The notes: generated by a model not told the origin, from the sequence alone. 12,928 nt of DNA from Abditibacteriaceae bacterium (GCA_031425655.1 JANPJS010000027.1:1-12928), one strand, 5' to 3'; positions 1 to 8,275 are shown, counted from the first letter of the stretch. Translations and numbers: made by a program.

Positions 1-172
1 CCTCTTTCAACGGGAAGACGGTAAGAACGGTAAGATGGGAAGTCTTGAGAGAGTTGACGAGGCGAAAAAACTGATCGTGGTGATGTGCGCCTGTCCAAAA
101 CACTCAAATCTCTTCCCGTCTTACCGTTCTTACCGTCTTCCCGTTGAAAGAGGCCAGACCGCGTAAGGTGAG
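1..172. repeat. Palindromic MITE/REP-like element, family A, copy 1 (left end probably off-window)
   Basis: 1-42 and 112-153 form a 42-bp inverted repeat with 1 mismatch. The arms are built of four 7-9-nt YGGKAAG(A) units around a 69-bp core. It is followed by AGACCGCGTAAGGTGAG (156-172), identical to 2233-2249. Homologous to 1994-2250. Confidence 0.9.
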
Positions 173-254
173 CCGCAAGTTGCGCTGGCCGATTTTCTGT
201 TTTCTTATTACCGACTGGCGCGAAAAAGCAGCGCCTTCACGCAGAAAAGTGCCT

Positions 255-1010
255 TCATTTGCTCATTTTCGTGAGCGCAAAGGCGGCTAAAAAGCCCAAA
301 ACGGTAATCATGCCCGCGAAATCGTGCGCTTCTTCAAACGCTTCGGGAATCATGGTGTCTACCAGCATGGCTAAGATGGCGCCGGCGGCTACGGCAGTCG
401 TAGCCGCAATCACGCCGTCGGAAAAATGCTGGAAAACCGTGTAGCCAATCAAGGCTGAAACGCCGCAAAGCAAAGCAATGCCGCCCCAAACACTAAACAC
501 ATAAGTCGCACTACGCCCCGCTTTTTTCATTCCGGCGGCGCTGGATAAACCTTCCGGCAAATTGGAAAGGAAAATTGCGATCACGGCCACCACGCTGACC
601 GTGCCGCCTTTGAGCAGGCTCAGGCCAATCACGATGGATTCGGGAATGCCGTCCAGCAAAGCGCCAACCGCAATCGCCAATCCACTGCCGCTGTCGTCGT
701 CTTCGGAAGGCTGATGCTCGCCCGAACGCTTGCGGTGTTTGGCGCCCTGCCAATTCAGCAGCCCGTTGGCAAAGGTGTAAACGGCGGCGCCGCTGAGAAA
801 CCCGATAGCGGTCGCGTTAAAGCCGCCGCGATGATACGCTTCGTCCATCAAATTGAAAGAGAGAGCGGAAATCAGAACGCCGCTGCCAAAAGCCATGATG
901 CCGGCGATCACGCGCTTGGGCACCGTGAGAAAATAGCCCAATGCCGCGCCGATTACTAACGCCAGCCCGGCCACGAGACCCCAAAATCCGGCTTGCAAGG
1001 CGACAGGCAT
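255..1010 (-). CDS. ZIP family (ZupT/GufA-like) divalent metal transporter
   Basis: 251 aa with about 8 hydrophobic segments. It has AFGSGVLIS in TM2, a His/acidic loop (KHRKRSGEHQPSEDDD), paired DGIPES and SNLPEG metal-site motifs and C-terminal AAGAILAMLVDTMIPEAF. SD-like GGAG upstream. Confidence 0.9.
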   Translation of the reverse strand: MPVALQAGFWGLVAGLALVIGAALGYFLTVPKRVIAGIMAFGSGVLISALSFNLMDEAYHRGGFNATAIGFLSGAAVYTFANGLLNWQGAKHRKRSGEHQPSEDDDSGSGLAIAVGALLDGIPESIVIGLSLLKGGTVSVVAVIAIFLSNLPEGLSSAAGMKKAGRSATYVFSVWGGIALLCGVSALIGYTVFQHFSDGVIAATTAVAAGAILAMLVDTMIPEAFEEAHDFAGMITVLGFLAAFALTKMSK

Positions 1011-1082
1011 TCTTTTCTCCCAATTCCAGAATTATCACGACTCGCTAAGCCGGCGCATTTATATCCGCATCCGTTTTGGCGA

Positions 1083-1970
1083 CTAAATGCCCTGTCGCCG
1101 GGCCGCCGCGCAACTGGCAGGCGATCCGTCGGCCTCGGCGAAAACGGCATCGTAATCATCGTTGGACACACGACGCGAGTCTTGTGAGCGATAGTGATAT
1201 TGTAGCGCGCGGCGCGAGAGCGGCGACGTGTTGGGATAAGTATGATGCGGCATGATTCCGGAAAAGAAAACCGCCCCGCCCGGCGGCAAAGGCACCGCGA
1301 CCTGCTCTTCTTCGACAAGGCGATCCGCTAATATCTCGCAATCTCCGCCGTGAAAGTGGCGCAGCGCCCCTTTTTTGTGCCAGCCGGGCAAAAAGTGCAT
1401 ACAGCCGTTATCCGTGCCCGCTTCGTCGAGCGCGATCCATACGCCGCACACCGCATCGAGCGGCACGATATTGAAATAAGCATCGTCCTGATGCCACGGC
1501 TTGCCGGAGCCAATCAGCGGCGGATTCAACAAAGCCATGTCTTGCGTGGGAATCGGATTCGCGCCGAGCAGCGAGGCCACAACGCCCTGAATTTTAGGCT
1601 GTTCGTGCATTAAATACGTTAAATGCGCGTCCACGCCGACGAATTCGTGGAATTTTCGCACTTTTTGATGCAAATCGGGGTCGTCTATGCCGGTCGGCTC
1701 GTAGCCGCGCAAAAACTGCACTTTGCTGGTATTTTTCAACGATTCCCACACTTCGCCATACCCGTTTTGCGTTACGCGATGATGAGGGCGCAAAGCCTCG
1801 GTGATCGAATTCAGCGAGGCTTTAGCCACCTCGATTTCTGCGGTCGAAATGACGCTGTGAAACGCGATAAACCCATCGCGCTGATATTGCGCGATTTGCT
1901 CCGGGGGAAGCCAAGACGGGCAGGGCAAAAGAGCATTAATCGAAACGGGCGCGGTCATAACATTGGACAT
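1083..1970 (-). CDS. Phytanoyl-CoA dioxygenase (PhyH) family Fe(II)/2-oxoglutarate dioxygenase
   Basis: EQIAQYQRDGF N-terminal motif, HxD (PWHQD), VWIALD...NGCM..LPGWH, distal His (HHT.PN.S) and RRAL Arg. Strong AAGGAG SD upstream of ATG 1970. Confidence 0.92.
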   Translation of the reverse strand: MSNVMTAPVSINALLPCPSWLPPEQIAQYQRDGFIAFHSVISTAEIEVAKASLNSITEALRPHHRVTQNGYGEVWESLKNTSKVQFLRGYEPTGIDDPDLHQKVRKFHEFVGVDAHLTYLMHEQPKIQGVVASLLGANPIPTQDMALLNPPLIGSGKPWHQDDAYFNIVPLDAVCGVWIALDEAGTDNGCMHFLPGWHKKGALRHFHGGDCEILADRLVEEEQVAVPLPPGGAVFFSGIMPHHTYPNTSPLSRRALQYHYRSQDSRRVSNDDYDAVFAEADGSPASCAAARRQGI

Positions 1971-1993
1971 AAAAATTCTCCTTGTAACCTTTA

Positions 1994-2250
1994 ACTCACC
2001 TTAGGCACCGTGCTATGCCTCGGTGGTTTTTCAACGGGAAGGCGGTAAGAACGGGAAGGCGGGAAAAGATTTGAGTGCTTTGGACGGGCGGACATCAACA
2101 TTATCTGTATTATCTGTTGGGTTTGCGCTTGGATATTGGATGAGGGCTGTGTTCAAGCCGCTTTTTCGCCTCGTCAACTCTCTCAAGACTTCCCGCCTTC
2201 CCGTTCTTTCCGCCTTCCCGTTTAAAGCGGCGAGACCGCGTAAGGTGAGT
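1994..2250. mobile_element. Palindromic MITE-like element, family A, copy 2
   Basis: Perfect 10-bp terminal IR ACTCACCTTA (1994-2003) / TAAGGTGAGT (2241-2250). Inner 39-bp IR 2028-2066 / 2189-2227 (35/39) made of CGGDAAG units. The core ends are the reverse complement of the copy-1 core, and the centre (about 2098-2160) is longer. No clear TSD. Confidence 0.8.
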
Positions 2251-2272
2251 CATTGAATGCGAATACGCAAAT

Positions 2273-3769
2273 TCAACGCGCCGGGCCGGTTTCGAGCGCC
2301 GCGATGAGTTGCGCCGTTAGGCCCATCGCCATTTGGAAAATCACGCGATAATTGCCACGCTGTAAGCCTTCGCCGCCTTTGTTCGACTGCGCCACGCCGC
2401 CTAAAAATCCATCGGAAGTCAGATGTGTTTTCAGTCCGGCGAGCGCCTTTTCGGCGGCGCGGCGCGCATCGCTTGGTAGCCAGCCTTCGCGGACGCCGAT
2501 AGCCAAAGCCGCCGCAATTCCCGCGCTTCCGGCGGTGTCGGGCGACAGGTTCGGCTCGTCCACGAACACGCTCCACAAGCCGTCGGCGCGCTGATATTTT
2601 TGCGCCCACGCCGCGAGTTGTGCGAATTGTTCAATCAAATCGGCGCTGTCGGTGCGATGTTTCAATTCGCGCAGCGTGCGCGCCATGCCGAGCAGTTGCC
2701 ACGCGATGCCGCGCGCCCAATTTCGATTGCCTTTGCCGCCATCCGCTTCGCTGGTGCGCCAGAAAGTCTTGCCGTCGAACAAGCGCGCTTGACGCACGCG
2801 CAACTGCGTCAGAGCGAGCTGTTGCAAGGCTTCGTCGCCGCGTTGCCGCGCGATGATCGCCATCGGATAACCGACCGTATAAGAGCCTTCGCTGGAAGTG
2901 TGCTTGCCGTCAATGACGGCGTTTTCGGCGTCTTTACGGCCTTGCCAGAACTTGAGAGCGATTTCTAATGCGGGATTTTGCGGTTCTAACTTGGCCAGCG
3001 CCGCGAACGGCAGCGCGCCTTCGATGCCGTAAATTCGCCCGTCGCTCGGCTGGCTGACGTGATTTTCGTAAATCAATTGTCCGTTCTGAATGAAACGCGC
3101 GAGATGCTGCGCGGCGCTGTTGCGCATGGCCGCGTGCGCCGGCAATTCGCCTAAATCGAGCAGGCCGTCCAGCACGCAGCCTTCCATCCAACTAAAGGAC
3201 TGCACGCTCGCCAACGACCCCAAACGCGCAAAAAATTCCGCTGTCGTGTCGGCCCCACCGGGCAAGAGCAAATGCGGCAAAAGCTCGGAAGGAATGCCTT
3301 CGCCGGTAAAAACGCGAAGATCAGCGCCTTTTTTCAAGCGCAGCGCGATGCCTTCGCGCCGCACATCGGCGGCATCGCCGGGCGCGAGGGCGATTTCGTA
3401 AACCTGAAAAAGACTGGCGAAGCGAATGTCGAACGTGCCCAACACGCGGCCCGATTGCGGCAAAGTGGCTTCAATGAGCTTTTCATCGCGCACATCTAAG
3501 GCAACGGTGAGGCGCAGGCGCGTCGGAATGGCAGCAGGCGGCAAATCGGGCCAGCGCAACACGAGCGGCTCGGCGCTGATCGCTGCGGTGCGCCAGCCAA
3601 AAGGCGCGCGACGGCCTGCGGGCGTGGGAATCTGCGGCGCGGCCACGATTTCGACTGCCACATGACGCGCCATGCGCGCTTTGTCGTCCGCTTCGGCGCG
3701 CAACGTGATAAGCGCAGCGGCAGCAACCATTGTGCTTTGCATGATGAAATCTCTTCGTGTCATGGCCAT
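2273..3769 (-). CDS. Tat-exported GH105/GH88-like (alpha/alpha)6 glycoside hydrolase with an extra N-terminal domain
   Basis: Twin-arginine signal MTRRDFI. Motifs FSWMEGCVLDGL, NWARGIAW, YQRADGLW and DTAGSAGIAAAL are typical of unsaturated glucuronyl/rhamnogalacturonyl hydrolases. ATG lies 3 bp after the upstream LamG gene stop. Confidence 0.8.
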   Translation of the reverse strand: MAMTRRDFIMQSTMVAAAALITLRAEADDKARMARHVAVEIVAAPQIPTPAGRRAPFGWRTAAISAEPLVLRWPDLPPAAIPTRLRLTVALDVRDEKLIEATLPQSGRVLGTFDIRFASLFQVYEIALAPGDAADVRREGIALRLKKGADLRVFTGEGIPSELLPHLLLPGGADTTAEFFARLGSLASVQSFSWMEGCVLDGLLDLGELPAHAAMRNSAAQHLARFIQNGQLIYENHVSQPSDGRIYGIEGALPFAALAKLEPQNPALEIALKFWQGRKDAENAVIDGKHTSSEGSYTVGYPMAIIARQRGDEALQQLALTQLRVRQARLFDGKTFWRTSEADGGKGNRNWARGIAWQLLGMARTLRELKHRTDSADLIEQFAQLAAWAQKYQRADGLWSVFVDEPNLSPDTAGSAGIAAALAIGVREGWLPSDARRAAEKALAGLKTHLTSDGFLGGVAQSNKGGEGLQRGNYRVIFQMAMGLTAQLIAALETGPAR

Positions 3770-3772
3770 TTT

Positions 3773-4738
3773 TCACTTCAGCGCGGGTAAATTGGCCGCG
3801 TCGTGCAGGGTTTTCATTTCGGCATCGGTTAAAGCGCGATTGAAGACCGCAAGGCCGCCAAAACGGCCTTTGGTCGCTTCGCCGAGCATCGAACCGACCG
3901 CGTAACGCGCGCCGACCGTGAAATCCGAGCCGCCGCCCGGCTTGGTTTTCGCGTGCAGCGCCGCGTCGTATTGGAAGATGCCGCGCCCGTGAAAATACGG
4001 GTTCATGCCGCGATCTTTGCCGTTCGGCCCTTCCTGCGTGAAATATCGGTCGTTGCGCTTGTCTTTGACCGGGTCGAGCGCGCGTTCTTCCATCACGCCG
4101 TTGACGTAGGCGCGAATATATTGGCCGTCGTAGGTGAAAGCGAGCGAGCACCATTTTTCTTCGGGCACTTCGCTGCGACTGGCCGCATAGTCGGCGCACC
4201 ACGGTAGGCCGCTGCCATCGGCGCGGCGCGTGACGCCGCCTTCACTGGAAATATGCGGCACCAATTGGCGCGGCCCGCCATAAGTCGGCATATTCATCAG
4301 CAGGGCATATTGGCGCGTGCCGGTATCGTCGTCGCGGCCTTTGCCTTCGCTCCACATTCCGGCGATGGTGCGGCTTTGCTTCAAGTCAACGATGCGCACT
4401 ACGGCGAACATCGAAACTTGCGCCTCTTTGCCGGCAATATTGAGGTCGCCGGTTTCGGCATAGGGAATACGAAAATAGACTTTGCCGTTCAACTGCGCCG
4501 AATAGCCGGAAAACGGCCCGCCTTCGACGCGCGCAATCGGCCCGCCGACTTCGGTTAAAGAATGCTTTTCTTTGGTGCCGCTCGATTGGCGCGGCTGCCC
4601 GGCTTCTTCGCCGAACGTCCAAAACGCGACGAGGCCGGGCGTTTTCGTAACGGCCTCAACAGCGGGTTTGTTTTCAGCGGCGAAAGCCGAGGCGCAGAGG
4701 CCGCCGAGCAGGGGCAGAATGATGTTTTTTGTTTTCAT
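3773..4738 (-). CDS. Secreted LamG-like (concanavalin A lectin/glucanase fold) protein
   Basis: Sec signal [47 protein letters not shown] and [14 protein letters not shown] are hallmarks of Laminin_G_3. Confidence 0.85.
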   Translation of the reverse strand: MKTKNIILPLLGGLCASAFAAENKPAVEAVTKTPGLVAFWTFGEEAGQPRQSSGTKEKHSLTEVGGPIARVEGGPFSGYSAQLNGKVYFRIPYAETGDLNIAGKEAQVSMFAVVRIVDLKQSRTIAGMWSEGKGRDDDTGTRQYALLMNMPTYGGPRQLVPHISSEGGVTRRADGSGLPWCADYAASRSEVPEEKWCSLAFTYDGQYIRAYVNGVMEERALDPVKDKRNDRYFTQEGPNGKDRGMNPYFHGRGIFQYDAALHAKTKPGGGSDFTVGARYAVGSMLGEATKGRFGGLAVFNRALTDAEMKTLHDAANLPALK

Positions 4739-4787
4739 AGTGTGTTGTCAGAGTATTACGGATTTTCTTCTGACCCTTTTTAAATTA

Positions 4788-4949
4788 GAGTCTGTTCGTT
4801 GCCTTCGGATGGCAAAAAATGGAGTGGCAAAAAATGGCGGAAAAGTGACATTGATCACCCTACAATGCCATAAATGTTCTTAGTTTTTTGCCCGCTATTT
4901 TTTGCCATCGGGCTGTTTTTACCCAATAACTTTATGCGAATACAGACTC
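4788..4949. mobile_element. MITE-like element, family B, with TTA target-site duplication
   Basis: TTA (4785-87)-GAGTCTGT...ACAGACTC-TTA (4950-52). Inner perfect 13-bp IR GATGGCAAAAAAT (4808-4820) / ATTTTTTGCCATC (4897-4909). TGGCAAAAAATGG is tandem on the left (4810, 4825) and mirrored by two TTTTTTGCC on the right (4884, 4898). Confidence 0.7.
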
Positions 4950-5026
4950 TTAGGCTGACGGTGCCGATAAAACGGCTTAGACTTCCCATTTGTCTTAACA
5001 ACGCCAGCTCCATAGGACTTTTCGCC

Positions 5027-7999
5027 GTGCAAAAGAATATTTTTTCTCGTCTGTTGCCACGCCAATTTTACAAGAAAACCGGCTGCGTTCTCTTCGCCTC
5101 GGCTGCAATCGCTTTGAATTTGTCGGCGATGCCATCGCAAGCCGGCACGCTGCTGCAATTCGATTTTAACGGCGCGAATCCGTGGCCTAATGGCAAAGCG
5201 GGCGTGATGTCATCCGGCGCCGCGAATGTCACGACTTCGTTGAAAACCGGCGCAGGCGGCACCATTGATGCCGCCGATTCTAAAGAGCTATCGGGAGCAA
5301 TTTTAGGCAGCGCCACGGTCGAAGGCGCGCTTTTGCCGTGGTCGGCGACTTTTTCCAGCGGGTTACTACCGGTCGCCAGCAAAGAAGCGAATTTGGGCAA
5401 GCTAACTTTGGCCTTTAACCTTTCAGTCAGCGCCGCGCGGCCCGTGACGGTGCGTGTCGAATCGTTCGACGCGGCCCAAAAGCGCACAGGCGGACTGGAA
5501 ACGCTGATTTATCCCGCCGCGCCCGATTTTTATCAGCGTTACGCGTTGGATTTGTCCACTTTTCAATCGTTCGGAATGGGAAAATTTCAGCCTGCCGACC
5601 CGCATATTCAATTCTCTTTTGCCGGCGAAGGCATGGCTTTAGACGGCCCATCTTCGCTGCAACTTCGCGTGGATAATCTGCATTACGCGACTCCGGCCTT
5701 CTACGTCAGCCCGCAGGGCAGCGATGCCGGCGATGGGCGCAGTGAAAAAACCGCTTTCGCCACGCCGCAAAAAGCCCTCGACGCGGCGCAGCCCGGCGAC
5801 ATCGTTTTGCTGATGGACGGCACTTATCACGGCGGATTGAACGCGGTGGCAAGTTTTCCGCGCGCCGGAACGCCTGCCGCGTGGATTGTCTTGAAAAATT
5901 ATCCGGGACACAAGCCCACGCTCACATCCAACGGCTGGAACATCGTTCATATTTCCAAAGGCAACAAAACCACGCCCGACACCCAAACCAATCTCGGTTA
6001 TTTAGAAGTGCGCGGCTTGCACATTCGCGGCGAAAGCGATGTCGTCCGGCAAAAGTTTCCCGACTCCATCGGCAAGTCGGACGGGCGCAGCAACAGCAAC
6101 GGCATCGCGGTGGATGGACGTTTTATGAAGAACGTGCCGCACCATGTTCGCATGGCTGATAACGTGGTCGAATATTGTCCGGCGCAGGGAATCGGCGCCC
6201 TCGAAGGCGACTGGATCACCATCGAAAACAACATCAGCCGCTACAACTGCTGGACGACGATTTATGCCACGTCGGGCATTTCCGTGATGGGCGCCAGTAA
6301 TTTCGATGCGGCGGATAACATTTACAAAAACCTGATTCGCAACAACATCAGTCATCGCAACGAAACCTTTGAGCCGTGGGTCGCGGTCAAGAAAATTTCC
6401 GACGGCAACGGCATCATTCTCGACGTGAACCAAAAAACCGACGCGCGTCCCGATGGCTCTTATTTGGGCCGCACGCTTGTGCAAAGCAATCTTTGCTACG
6501 ATAACGGCGGCAGCGGCATCCATACGGTGAAAGCGAATCGCGTGGACATCATCAACAACACGGCGTATCTCAACAGCGCCTCGAAATCGCTGGAATACGC
6601 GCAAATTTTCAGCTACGCCTCGGACGATGTGCGCATCATCAACAACATTTTAGTGGCGCCGATTGCGGACGTGGCGGCGGGCGAAAAGCCAGAAGCGGTC
6701 AATAAAAACCACGGCAAAAACACCAACCTGATTTTTAGTCACAACCTGTATTTCGGCGGCAACATCGCCCCGGATTTAGGAACGGGCGACCAAATCGGTG
6801 ACCCGCTGTTCGTCAATCCGTCGCGCGACTCGAAAGTCGCCGATTTTCAATTGAAACCGGGTAGTCCGGCACTGAAAAGAGGCCGTTTTGAGCCTTTTAG
6901 CCCGTTTCTCGACCGTGATGGCACGCGGCGCGGCGCCACACCGAATTTAGGCGCTTATGCGACACGCCCGGCGCCGATTATTTCGCCGGAAATTGGCGCC
7001 GACCGCACTGTGACCTTTCGTTTTAGAGCGCCCAAAGCCACCGAAGTCAAAGTTTCGGGCGAATGGGGCGCGGGCACGAATTTAAGCAAAGATGAAAACG
7101 GCGTGTGGAGCGCAACGCTTGGCCCGATTGCGCCCGATTTATACGGTTATTCGTTCAATGTGGACGGCGTGACGATGCTCGATCCGGCCAACACTTTCGT
7201 CAAACCGATGCGCTCGTCCACGACGAGCATTTTGGACGTGCCCGGCGAAAAACCGGCGCCTGCTGACCGCATTCCCGGCGTGCCGCGCGGCACCATGACT
7301 CTGCACGATTACGATTCCAAATCGCTGGGCAAGACGCGGCGCCTGCGCGTTTATACGCCCGCCGCTTACGATGCAAAGGGCAAAACGCGCTTTCCCGTTT
7401 TGTATTTGCTGCACGGTTCGGGCGACAACGAAGCAACATGGACGGAATATGGCCGCGCCAACGTGATTTTGGATAACCTCATCGCCGCGAAAAAAGCGCA
7501 GCCGATGATCGTGGTCATGACCGACGGCCATGCGATTATCGGCTCCTCGCCCGAAACGCGCGGCCAAAACGCTTCGGCCTTTGCTCGCGATTTTCTCGAA
7601 GATGTGATGCCGTTTGTCGAATCGCGCTATCGCATTCGCGCCGAGCGTGAGCATCGCGCCATCGCCGGGCTTTCGATGGGCGGCAATCAAGCGCTGACCA
7701 TCGGCCTCAATCGCCGCGATTTGTTCGCGTGGGTCGTCGGCATGAGTAGTTCCATCCGCGAGCCGGAAAAGCCGCTGGCCGCGTTTTGGGCCGAGCCAGT
7801 TTCCAAGAAAACGCCGCTGCGTTTATTGTGGCTCGGCATCGGCAAAGACGACTTTTTATTGAAGGAAAACCGCGCCTTCGACGCCTTGCTTTCCGCGAAG
7901 CAAGTGCCGCACGAATACCAAGAAACCATCGGCAACCATTCGTGGCCCATTTGGAGGCGTTATCTTGCCGATGTCGCGCCGCGCTTGTTCGTGCGCTAA
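5027..7999 (+). CDS. Secreted multidomain protein: beta-sandwich (CBM-like) + right-handed beta-helix (DUF1565/pectin lyase-like) + CBM48/E-set + CE1-like alpha/beta-hydrolase esterase
   Basis: GTG 5027 is in frame with ORF 4874, follows AGGA and begins a signal peptide ending PSQA. FYVSPQGSD..DG...FATPQKA..AQPGDIV.L.DGTY opens the beta-helix and DPLFV...DFQLKPGSPA...NLGAY closes it. It is followed by VTFRFRAPKA.EVKVSG.W, YLLHG.G, GLSMGG nucleophile elbow (7667-7684) and GNHSW..WR. Confidence 0.85.
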   Translation: MQKNIFSRLLPRQFYKKTGCVLFASAAIALNLSAMPSQAGTLLQFDFNGANPWPNGKAGVMSSGAANVTTSLKTGAGGTIDAADSKELSGAILGSATVEGALLPWSATFSSGLLPVASKEANLGKLTLAFNLSVSAARPVTVRVESFDAAQKRTGGLETLIYPAAPDFYQRYALDLSTFQSFGMGKFQPADPHIQFSFAGEGMALDGPSSLQLRVDNLHYATPAFYVSPQGSDAGDGRSEKTAFATPQKALDAAQPGDIVLLMDGTYHGGLNAVASFPRAGTPAAWIVLKNYPGHKPTLTSNGWNIVHISKGNKTTPDTQTNLGYLEVRGLHIRGESDVVRQKFPDSIGKSDGRSNSNGIAVDGRFMKNVPHHVRMADNVVEYCPAQGIGALEGDWITIENNISRYNCWTTIYATSGISVMGASNFDAADNIYKNLIRNNISHRNETFEPWVAVKKISDGNGIILDVNQKTDARPDGSYLGRTLVQSNLCYDNGGSGIHTVKANRVDIINNTAYLNSASKSLEYAQIFSYASDDVRIINNILVAPIADVAAGEKPEAVNKNHGKNTNLIFSHNLYFGGNIAPDLGTGDQIGDPLFVNPSRDSKVADFQLKPGSPALKRGRFEPFSPFLDRDGTRRGATPNLGAYATRPAPIISPEIGADRTVTFRFRAPKATEVKVSGEWGAGTNLSKDENGVWSATLGPIAPDLYGYSFNVDGVTMLDPANTFVKPMRSSTTSILDVPGEKPAPADRIPGVPRGTMTLHDYDSKSLGKTRRLRVYTPAAYDAKGKTRFPVLYLLHGSGDNEATWTEYGRANVILDNLIAAKKAQPMIVVMTDGHAIIGSSPETRGQNASAFARDFLEDVMPFVESRYRIRAEREHRAIAGLSMGGNQALTIGLNRRDLFAWVVGMSSSIREPEKPLAAFWAEPVSKKTPLRLLWLGIGKDDFLLKENRAFDALLSAKQVPHEYQETIGNHSWPIWRRYLADVAPRLFVR

Positions 8000-8032
8000 T
8001 CCTGATAAGCATCTGCCGGAAGAGATTTCTAA

Positions 8033-8257
8033 GAAACTGTCTGAGAAGAGTCATTAATCCTGAGTTGAGTCGCTTTTTAATAGGACGCGGAGCTTCGCTT
8101 CGCTGATTTTATGCGCTGATTTTCGCTGATTTTTTTTCTGTAAAACCGCGCCTTCAAAGCCGTTTCGGGGCACCCGCTTGCGGGTCGGAAAGCGAAGCTC
8201 CGCGTCCTATTAAAAAGCGACTCAACTCAGGATTAATGACTCTTCTCAGACAGTTTC
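8033..8257. mobile_element. MITE-like element, family C, with long perfect TIRs and TAA target-site duplication
   Basis: Perfect 69-bp inverted repeat 8032-8100 / 8190-8258. Parsed as TAA (8030-32)-GAAACTGTCTGAGAA...TTCTCAGACAGTTTC-TAA (8258-60). The spacer has 3x CGCTGATTTT (8101, 8114, 8124) and hairpin ACCCG-CTTG-CGGGT (8172-8185). Confidence 0.88.
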
Positions 8258-8275
8258 TAATAGGTAAAGGACACC

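Noticed and set aside
1..153. Possible CRISPR array or rho-independent terminator
   Set aside because: The units are 7-9 nt with no unique spacers. The stem is too long, has a 69-nt loop and lacks a U-tract.
216..235. GGCGC...GCGCC hairpin as terminator of the ZIP gene
   Set aside because: Only a 5-bp stem with a large loop and no adjacent U-tract on the minus strand.
2100..2117. ATTATCTGT x2 tandem in the core of family A copy 2
   Set aside because: Only two units and absent from copy 1, so most simply a slippage duplication.
2023..2256. 77-aa ORF running through the family A copy 2 element
   Set aside because: It lies almost entirely within a palindromic repeat and has no SD. The reading frame of the distal half is not conserved in copy 1.
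4845..4866. Sigma70 promoter using TACAAT (4861-4866)
   Set aside because: The candidate -35 hexamers (GTGACA, TTGATC) are only 10 and 4 bp away, and nothing suitable lies at 16-18 bp.
4874..5026. N-terminal 51 aa of the 1041-aa ORF
   Set aside because: It begins inside the family B element, is compositionally atypical, and precedes a better SD + GTG + signal peptide at 5027.
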